Below are positions 56,381-64,000 of a stretch of 64,000 nt of DNA, piece after piece. The translations under genes were made by a program, and so were the position numbers. This stretch comes from Candidatus Multivoradales bacterium (lineage in GTDB: Bacteria > Acidobacteriota > Thermoanaerobaculia > Multivoradales > JAHEKO01): positions 1,536,001 to 1,600,000 of the forward strand of contig CBDCXM010000009.1 in assembly GCA_965223855.1 (NCBI GenBank), read 5' to 3'. The notes under the pieces were generated by a model that worked only from the letters and a program-made list of their open reading frames with translations, was not told the origin of the DNA and ran no database searches. Position 1 is the first letter of the stretch; each line of letters opens with the position of its first letter.

Positions 56381-57654
56381 TGAAGTGCCACACGAATCCG
56401 TGAGAACTCCGTGCGGCTCTCCGTCTAGGAGGGCATGGGACGCAAGCTTCGCTACCTGCCCTCGCAAGCCCTCGTAGAAGTCACCTGCCGCGTGATCCAG
56501 CGGCGCTTTCTGCTCCGGCCGTCTCCGGTACTCAACGAGATCATCGTCGGCACCCTGGCCCGCGGGCAGAGGCGCTACGGGATGAGGCTGTGCGGGTTCG
56601 TCTACCTGTCGAACCATTGTCACCTGCTGCTCTATCCAACGGACGCCAAGCAGCTCTCCGACTTCATGCGCTACATCAACTCCAAGATCGCGCGCGAGGT
56701 CGGGCGGCTCCACGACTGGAGAGAGAAGGTCTGGGGGCGGCGCTACGTGGACATTGAAGTCTCCCAGGAACCCGAGGCCCAGATCCGCCGTCTTCGCTAT
56801 CTCCTTCGACAGGGCGTCAAGGAAGGCCTCGTCGCGTCGCCGAAGCACTGGCCGGGAGCCTCTTCGACCAAGGCGCTGCTCCAGGGTGAAGAGCTAGAAG
56901 GCGTTTGGATCGACCGCACGGAGCAGTTCAAGGCCTATGAGCGAGGAGAAGCGAATCCGGATGCGCTCTTCACTTCTCGAGAACGAGTCAGGCTGTCCCC
57001 GTTGCCTTGCTGGGAGCACGAACCCGAGGGCTACTGGCGTTCGGAAGTCCGACGCATGGTGAAGGAGATCGAGGAAGAGGCTCCCAAGAACGTTCTCGGC
57101 AGGGAGGCCATCCTTGCCCAACACCCGCACGATCGGCCCAGCACGCCCGCGAACCGCAGCCCAGCGCCACGCTTCCACGCGATCGAAGGAAGCGTGCGCC
57201 GGGCGCTAGAGGTGGGCTATGCCCTCATCGTCCTCGCCTACCGGCAGGCGAGCGAGGATCAGAGGCGGGGGAGGGCCGCTGAGTTCCCCGCGGGGTGCTT
57301 CCGGCCCGGACTGGGCTTCGTGCCGCTCAGGGCCTAGGCGCGGCTGAAATCCGGACCCGGGTTGTCGGCGAGAGCCGGATGGCGAAGCTGTGCCCGGCGG
57401 TCTCCAGAATGACTCCGGCCGGCGGAAACTGCGCTCAGAAGGTCCCTGAGGACTGTCTGAACGCGCCCCTGCCGGCGCTTCTCAGGGGGGAACTACCAAA
57501 TCGCTCCCAGCGAGCGCCTCTCTTGGGCTGTCGTTAGAACCCTTCTCAGGAAGCGTGTGGCACCTCCATGCGGGGGGTCTCCATGCGGGCCGGGGGGGGG
57601 CGGCGACCGATTCATCTCATCTGGCGCTTCTCATGAGGATTCGTGTGGCACCTC
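56381..57654 (+). mobile_element. RAYT-like element bounded by inverted GTGCCACACGAATCC motifs
   Basis: 56385-56399 is the exact reverse complement of 57637-57651; partial copy at 57554-57563. Confidence 0.75.
56435..57337 (+). CDS. REP-associated tyrosine transposase (RAYT)/IS200-like HUH transposase
   Basis: EVTCR, SNHCHLLL (HUH), LSDFMR, VWGRRY, RYLLRQGVKEGLV..P..WPG.SS; AGGAGG SD. Confidence 0.85.
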   Translation: MGRKLRYLPSQALVEVTCRVIQRRFLLRPSPVLNEIIVGTLARGQRRYGMRLCGFVYLSNHCHLLLYPTDAKQLSDFMRYINSKIAREVGRLHDWREKVWGRRYVDIEVSQEPEAQIRRLRYLLRQGVKEGLVASPKHWPGASSTKALLQGEELEGVWIDRTEQFKAYERGEANPDALFTSRERVRLSPLPCWEHEPEGYWRSEVRRMVKEIEEEAPKNVLGREAILAQHPHDRPSTPANRSPAPRFHAIEGSVRRALEVGYALIVLAYRQASEDQRRGRAAEFPAGCFRPGLGFVPLRA

Positions 57655-57762
57655 CTGTCTGGGGGCACCGCAGCCTAACAACGCGACGCCTGTTCCTATC
57701 CCCGACACTGCTAGCATCCGGTCTGGTTCAAACTGGGAAGGCCAGAGGGGATGAGTGAGCGG

Positions 57763-58643
57763 TCAGTGGGTGATCTTGAAGCAGTCTAGGACGCGATGCC
57801 CTGAGGAGGTCCAGATTGACTCGAATCGAGTTTGCGTAGGTGGGCTGTGAACGAGCGTCTGGCGAGGGGGGCGCAACCCTGTATCGACTGGGAAGACCAA
57901 GAAACTCGACTCGCCTTTGAACTCGGGAGGCACGCAGAAGCGATCAACTTGGATCCGGCGTTCATCGACGGCAAGGTTCCTTCGCGGAGTCCTTGGCGAT
58001 TGAGGGCCTGGGCGGCGTGGATGTGGATGAAAGCCAAGAGTGACGAGCTCTTGCCGCAGGCACCAGACTGTCAGGTCGAGGTAGGGGCTGTGAGAGTAAT
58101 CGGGGGCATTCGCCTGCTCACAATGCCTTTGATGCTGGCTTACCGTCCTGGATGGACCTCGTGTTGTATTCGACACGCAAGTCCTTCGAACGATCCGGAA
58201 GAGTTGTGGGCAAGAACTGGCAGAACAGCGTTCAACTACGTGGTGGGCACTGAGGCTGCGACGGCAACAAGAAAGTGTATCCATACGCACTTCCTGATCG
58301 GTTTGTCGTTGCAGATGGTATTCCTGAAGTCCAGCCTGCCAGCTCGGAGGATCAAGCAGTCTCGAGATCTCGTTTGCGCACGTTAGAGAGACTGTGGTCT
58401 TCAGGTCGCAAGGACGTGCTCGAGCCAAGCGCATTTGGCGGAAGCAATCTCACTCGTGGTTTGGGATCCCGACCACGATGCGTTGGTAGCCCGGAGCTTC
58501 GCTGCATCCAATGAGTTCACGGACTGAGAATCGAAGGGTCCACTCCAGACTGAGGCTTTTCTCCACACTAGGTCGAACGATACAAGGGGCTACCACCTCA
58601 CGATTCGAGTAGGCTCCGGCTGCCTGCAGGCGTTAGCTGGCAT
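57763..58643 (-). pseudogene. Decayed gene downstream of the methyltransferase (possible restriction endonuclease)
   Basis: Positional inference only; fragmented frames, low GC, ATG next to the methyltransferase end. Confidence 0.25.
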
Positions 58644-58646
58644 AGT

Positions 58647-60470
58647 TCAGCGGTCGGCGAAGTTCGCCGGCCGCGAGCCAGCCGACTGAGATATCGTCCG
58701 GTGCTGAGCGCCGCCAAATCGATCGTGGAGTGCAGCCACCGGACAAGCTCAGGTTGACTTCGCCAGGACCTTCTGACTCGACTAGGTCCAGAGCGCCCTA
58801 AGGTCGCCTTCGTCGATTTCAGCCCGGTCTACGGCATCGACAGGTACCGCTACCATTGAGTCGTCGAAGGCGGATCAGTTTCCGGAAGTGCACGGGAGAG
58901 CGCTTGGCCTTCCTCGAGTAGTCTGGCTCAGAGCTCGAGCATCGCTCAGCCCCGTAGCTGACTTCCTCATGACCTCGGAGAACGCTGGAAGGTCGCGGAG
59001 TTGAGAATTGCCGCGGCTGAGGACTCTTGCCCGACGTCCCGTCACCATACGGGCCCGGTGAATGGTGTCACGTCGAGGTTGCGTTCGTGGAGTTGGCTAT
59101 CAAGCGTGGGTGGTCGTAGATCTCGCCGCGGAGCAAGGAAGCCGTCATGCGGGGGACGAGGTGAACTTCCAAACCGTGACGTAGGCCGACTTCCCACCAC
59201 TTTCTGCGGATAGCTGCCAGAGCACTTGTATCCCTGATGGACGCCTCGTCTTCCCCCAACTTGATGTAGGCTGAGAGGCCAATCGGCGAGAGGCGTCGTG
59301 CTGTCGGAAAACGATCTTGAGACAGGGTGTAGCCGCACACCGTGCGTTGGCGCTAGCTGCAAAGCCGCCAGGTCTTCCTGGCCAAAGTCGATACCAGTCA
59401 GCTGGGCAGACCGTCCTTGACTAGCGGACGGCTTGACGTGTTGGAGCTCGCGACCTTATGCCGCTGGCCACCGAGTCCGTCTTCAGGGGTGAGCCCGAAG
59501 AACTGGTTCACGATTTCCGGGCGACGATGCCGTCATCGATCTCTGCCAGCGTCCTTCAGCTTCGGAGAGTCGGCAGGCGCTCGCGAGAATCTCACGAAGT
59601 GCTTCGATGTCGGACTGTCGTCAAGAAGATACTTGGTCCGACTTCTCGGAATCATGCCTTAGAGCTGGTAAAGCGTGGGGCATACGAGACAATCCGTAGC
59701 CCTCAGGTGCTGGAAGCTCCGCTACATCCTCGACCTCAGCGATGCCATCTGGGCTGGATCATTCTCCAGCAGTCCGCTCGCACTCCCAAGAGTACGATCA
59801 CTTCGCTGGAGCGAACTCACCGTCGAACTCAAGCTTCTTGAGGCAGAGACCGTAGATCTCGCTAAAGTTGTCCACCAAGCGTTCCGAACTCTGACTTCGA
59901 TTGCGGCGTAGGCGACCTGAGGAGTTCAGCGGGATTGCTCAGGATCCTGGGGCACTAGCGGCCGAGTCCTGCCGTTCTCTCGCAGTGCCAAAGTGCTGGC
60001 GACTCCAAGAACTGGTCACCCAAGCGTTGGTGAGCTTGGTTCTGGACGTGCAGGCCGTGGTGTCGCATCAGCTCGAGAGCAAGGTCTCGTAGGCTCGAGA
60101 TTGCTCGTCGCTGCCGAATCGAATGAAGCTTGGTGGATTCCCAGCGACGCCCGACCAATGTCCGATCTGCCCGTCGTCGAACCACTCAATGAAGTCATCC
60201 ACGTCTTCACGATGGCCGACGAGGACCAGGCGCGCTGAGCTTTAGTGGCTTCGGCCGCATCGAACTCGACCCCTAGGACCTTGCTTGACTCTTGGGCGAG
60301 CGGCCGGAGAATCGCTAAGTAGCCATCGTGTCGCAACTTTGGCTCAAGTAAGGTGGCGACCCGCTTCACCAACCCAATTTGCGATGAACTCGGCGAGGCT
60401 CGGGATGGGGTGTAGAAACCGCCTCTGGAGTGGCTTCTGTGAGTTCCGCTAGACCCCAGCTCCGACGAGG
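58647..60470 (-). pseudogene. N6-adenine DNA methyltransferase (Eco57I/TaqI-like class) pseudogene
   Basis: Motifs in order across shifting frames: RGGFYTP, LAEFIANW, LLEP, VLGVEFDAAEA, DDFIEW, GVAGNPP, KLTNAW, PAELL. Confidence 0.75.
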
Positions 60471-60860
60471 CGGTGATCAGCTTGGACCTCGGGGAGCTGC
60501 TGGCTATCCGCTGCTCACGGTTGGAGTACAGCTCCTCCTTCTTCGGTTGCCAAGGCTTGAGGGGCACTATCTCTGATCGCTGCAAGACCTCTCAAGGAGC
60601 TCGTCATTCTGCGATCTCGGTGATGACTAGGCTCGACGTCGAATCAGGTGCCCGACCAGCTCTTGAGCGTTCACGCCCAGCTCTCGCCTTGGTACTCCAA
60701 GCAGGAATCGAGCTCGCGATTCAGAGTTGAGTTCTGGATCGAAGCTCGACTCGACTCGACCGCTGGCATCCCCTACGCCATGTGCCGATGTTCACATCAC
60801 ATGGAGCGTTGTGGCCTACCGCTACTGGAAGGGCCCGAGGTCGAGGCTCGTGCCCGGTAC

Positions 60861-61856
60861 TCAATCCCACGACAACGAAGCCCCCACCTGATACTCCGTA
60901 ACCCGAGTCTCAAAGAAGTTCTTCTCCTTGGCCAGATCCGTAGCCTGACTCATCCAAGGAAACGGATTCTCCCGCCCATAGATCTTGGGCAAGTCCAACC
61001 TCGCCAACCGCCGATCCGCCACATACTCCACATACTGAGAAAACTGCTCAGCATTAATCCCCAACAACCCCTCCGGACAAGCATCCCGCGCATACTCCTG
61101 CTCATGCCCCACCGCCACCCGCACCATCTCCACGATCTCGTCCTGGAACTCCTCCGTCCAGATCTGCGGATTCTCCGTCCGGATCGTCTTGATGAGATCG
61201 CACCCGAACGCCAGATGTAGCGACTCGTCGCGCATGATGTATTCGAACTGCTCGCCGATGCCGATCATCTTCCCCTGGCGCTTGAGAGCCAGCATCATCG
61301 CGAAGCCGGCGTAGAAGAAGATCCCCTCCATGATCACGTAGTAGCCGACGAGGTCGTGGACGAACTTCCGGATGTTCTCGTCGCCCTCGGTGGTGAAGGT
61401 GGGGTCGAAGACGGACTTGGTGAGCTCGACGACGTAGTTGTCCTTGGCCTCGATCGACGGGATGGTGAGGTACATGTTGTAGATCTCGTCCGGGTCGAGG
61501 CCGAGGGTGTCGCAGCAGTAGATGAAGGTGTCGGTGTGGATCGCCTCTTCGTAGGCCTGGCGCAGCAGGTACTGGCGCGCCTCGGGGTTGGTGATGTGCT
61601 GGTAGACGGCCAGCACGATGTTGTTGGCGGTGAGGCTCTCGGCGGTGGAGAAGAAGCCGAGGTTCCAGAGGATGAGGCGGCGCTCGGTCTCCGAGAGGTC
61701 GGTCTTGGACTTCCAGTTCTCGACGTCTTTCTGCATCGAGACTTCTTCGGGGGTCCAGTTGTTGGCGACGCCGGCCTTGTAGTACTCCCGCGCCCAGTTG
61801 TAGGTCATGGGGAGGATCTTGTTGGGGTCGGTCTTGGAGGAGTTGATGATCGGCAT
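60861..61856 (-). CDS. nrdB: Ribonucleotide reductase beta subunit (class Ic-like R2c)
   Basis: NNWTPEEV, STAESL, EEAIH, MEGIFFYAGF, RDESLH, EKNFFETRVTEY. Confidence 0.95.
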   Translation of the reverse strand: MPIINSSKTDPNKILPMTYNWAREYYKAGVANNWTPEEVSMQKDVENWKSKTDLSETERRLILWNLGFFSTAESLTANNIVLAVYQHITNPEARQYLLRQAYEEAIHTDTFIYCCDTLGLDPDEIYNMYLTIPSIEAKDNYVVELTKSVFDPTFTTEGDENIRKFVHDLVGYYVIMEGIFFYAGFAMMLALKRQGKMIGIGEQFEYIMRDESLHLAFGCDLIKTIRTENPQIWTEEFQDEIVEMVRVAVGHEQEYARDACPEGLLGINAEQFSQYVEYVADRRLARLDLPKIYGRENPFPWMSQATDLAKEKNFFETRVTEYQVGASLSWD

Positions 61857-61904
61857 GGGGAGTCCTCGGGGAGGGGGGAAGGAGAGGGCAGCCAGGCGAG
61901 ACCC

Positions 61905-64000
61905 TTACTGGCAGCTCTCGCAGTCGGGGTCGTCGATGCGGCAGAGGCCTTCGGGGACGGCGGTGGCCGGGGGTTCTGTCGCGGCCTCCGGCACGGGGGC
62001 GGCGGAGGCTTCGCCGCCGTTGCCCTCGGCCACCGTGCCCACGGCCGCCACCGCGGGCTCGTTCTCCCGCTTCTGGGTGTAGCCGTACTTCGACGCCTCG
62101 ACGGTCGACTTCTCGATCTGGGAGACGGCGAGGCTCCGGAGGTAGTAGGTGGTCTTCAACCCCTTCTTCCACGCGGTGGTGTAGATCTCGTGGAGCAGCT
62201 TGCCGCTCGAGCCCTTGAGGAAGACGTTGTGGCTCTGCGACTGGTCGATCCACTTGGCGCGGGCTGCGGTCAGCTCCAGGCACCAGAGCGGATCGATGTC
62301 GAACGCCTCGCGGTACTTCTTCTTGAGGGAAAGCGGGATCTCCTCGATCCGGTCGAGGCTGCCGTCGTAGGCCTTGAGGCTCTCGAGCATCTCGGGGCTC
62401 CACAGGCCGAGCTTCTTCAGGTCCTCGATCAGGTAGGCGTTGGTGACGGTGAACTCACCGCTGATGTTCGCCTTGACGTAGAGGTTCTTGTAGATCGGCT
62501 CGATGCACGGGAAGGCGCCGGCGATGTTGCCGATGGTGGCGGTGGGAGCGATCGCCATGGTGTTGGAGTTGCGCATCCCGTGCTCGGCGATGTGCTCTCG
62601 CAGCTCATCCCAGTCGAGCCGCGACTTGCGCGAGACTTCCACCGGCACGCCGCGCTGGCTTTCGAGCAGATCCAGCGTGTCGAGCGGCAGGAGGCCGCGG
62701 TCCCATTTGGAACCCTCGAAACTCGGGTAGGCGCCGCGCTCGGCGGCGAGCTCGGAGGAGGCCTGGATCGCGTGGTAGGCGATCCACTCCATCGTCGCGT
62801 CGACGAACTCGAGCGTCTCCGGCGATTCGAAGGTGTAGTTCTGGAGGAAGAGCGCGTCCTGGAGGCCCATCAGCCCGAGGCCGATCGGGCGGTGCTGGAG
62901 GTTCGAGTTCTTCGCCTCGTCGGTGGGGTAGAAGTTGAGGTCGATGACGTTGTCGAGCATGCGGATCGCGGTCGTGACCGAGGCCGCCAGCCGCTCGCCG
63001 TCGAGCTGGTAGCGGCCTTCCTCGACCTCCACCATGTGGCGGGCGAGGTTGACGGAGCCGAGGTTGCACACCGCGGTCTCGTCTGCCGAGGTGTTGAGCG
63101 TGATCTCGGTGCACAGGTTCGAGCTGTGGACGACGCCGACGTGATCCTGCGGTGAGCGGATGTTGCAGGCGTCCTTGAAGGTGATCCACGGGTGGCCGGT
63201 CTCGAACAGCATGGTGAGCATCTTGCGCCAGAGTTGCACCGCCGGGATCTTCTTGAACAGGCGCACCTCGCCGCGCTCGGCCATCCGCTCGTACTCCTCG
63301 TAGCGCTCCTCGAAGGCGCGGCCGTAGAGGTCGTGGAGGTCGGGCGTCTCATCCGAAGAGAACAGCGTCCACTCCTCTTCGGCGAGCACCCGCTTCATGA
63401 ACAGGTCCGGAATCCAGTTCGCGGTGTTCATGTCGTGGGTGCGGCGGCGCTCGTCGCCGGTGTTGCGGCGCAAGTCGAGGAAGTCCTCGATGTCGTAGTG
63501 CCAGGTCTCCAGGTAAGCACAGGTCGCGCCGCGGCGCTTGCCGCTCCTGTTGATCGCCATCGTCACGTCGTTGGCGATCTTCAGGAACGGGATCACCCCC
63601 TGGCTGTCGACCTGGGTCGACTCGATCCGCGAACCGGTGCCGCGGATGTTGGTCCAGTCGTTGCCGATGCCGCCCGACCACTTCGAGAGCTGGGCGTTGT
63701 CGCCGAGGCACTTGAAGATGTGGGAGAGGTCGTCGTCGACCGTGGTCAGGTAGCACGACGAGAGCTGCGGGTGCCCGGTGCCGGCGTGGAAGAGGGTCGG
63801 CGTCGACGGGATGAAACGCAGCTGGCTGATGAGGTCGTAGAACTCGAGCGCCCGCGCCTCGCGGTTTTCTTCCTCCTCGCCCAGGGCCAGGCCCATCGCC
63901 ACGCGCATCCAGAAGAACTGCGGCAACTCGAGCGGCACGTCTTCGCCGGCGTCGTTCTGGGTGCGCAGGAAGTAGCGGTCATAGAGCGTCTGGATGCCGA
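61905..64000 (-). CDS. nrdA: Ribonucleotide reductase alpha subunit (5' end outside the window)
   Basis: PSTPTLF, QLSSC, SNLCTEI, VCNLGS, AIAPT, KTTYY, C-terminal CESCQ. Confidence 0.96.
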   Translation of the reverse strand, partial: GIQTLYDRYFLRTQNDAGEDVPLELPQFFWMRVAMGLALGEEEENREARALEFYDLISQLRFIPSTPTLFHAGTGHPQLSSCYLTTVDDDLSHIFKCLGDNAQLSKWSGGIGNDWTNIRGTGSRIESTQVDSQGVIPFLKIANDVTMAINRSGKRRGATCAYLETWHYDIEDFLDLRRNTGDERRRTHDMNTANWIPDLFMKRVLAEEEWTLFSSDETPDLHDLYGRAFEERYEEYERMAERGEVRLFKKIPAVQLWRKMLTMLFETGHPWITFKDACNIRSPQDHVGVVHSSNLCTEITLNTSADETAVCNLGSVNLARHMVEVEEGRYQLDGERLAASVTTAIRMLDNVIDLNFYPTDEAKNSNLQHRPIGLGLMGLQDALFLQNYTFESPETLEFVDATMEWIAYHAIQASSELAAERGAYPSFEGSKWDRGLLPLDTLDLLESQRGVPVEVSRKSRLDWDELREHIAEHGMRNSNTMAIAPTATIGNIAGAFPCIEPIYKNLYVKANISGEFTVTNAYLIEDLKKLGLWSPEMLESLKAYDGSLDRIEEIPLSLKKKYREAFDIDPLWCLELTAARAKWIDQSQSHNVFLKGSSGKLLHEIYTTAWKKGLKTTYYLRSLAVSQIEKSTVEASKYGYTQKRENEPAVAAVGTVAEGNGGEASAAPVPEAATEPPATAVPEGLCRIDDPDCESCQ

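Noticed and set aside
47441-57654. CRISPR array or integron attC array from the recurring motif
   Set aside because: Irregular kb-scale spacing, mixed orientation, no cas gene or tyrosine integrase, no attC structure.

Overview
High-GC bacterial DNA, most likely Acidobacteriota (Thermoanaerobaculia-like). This is inferred from an acidobacterial VWFA-type protein, C-terminal IFxDGFE motifs and an ECF sigma/anti-sigma/CHAT module. The left half (1-33.7 kb) carries purine catabolism genes (xanthine dehydrogenase-family subunits and a PuuD lacking its cytochrome c domain), many secreted or membrane proteins, and a three-gene Reb (R-body) cluster. It also has a striking non-coding block at 4.64-5.65 kb, feeding a slipin/SPFH gene: a near-consensus sigma70 promoter, a 41-aa leader ORF, an intrinsic terminator, two non-canonical tRNA-like elements and a ~400-nt nested-helix RNA candidate. 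From ~33.7 to 60.8 kb lies a visibly less GC-rich accessory island. It holds a protease operon linked to ECF sigma/anti-sigma and a CHAT protein, several orphan cassettes, an intact RAYT/IS200-like HUH transposase with three degenerate remnants sharing a GTGCCACACGAATCC end motif, and a decayed DNA methyltransferase. The window ends in nrdAB. NrdB carries class Ic (Mn/Fe) signature residues, and its 3' end shows an abrupt G/T codon skew. All calls come from reading the sequence and ORF track by eye; no database search or folding program was run.
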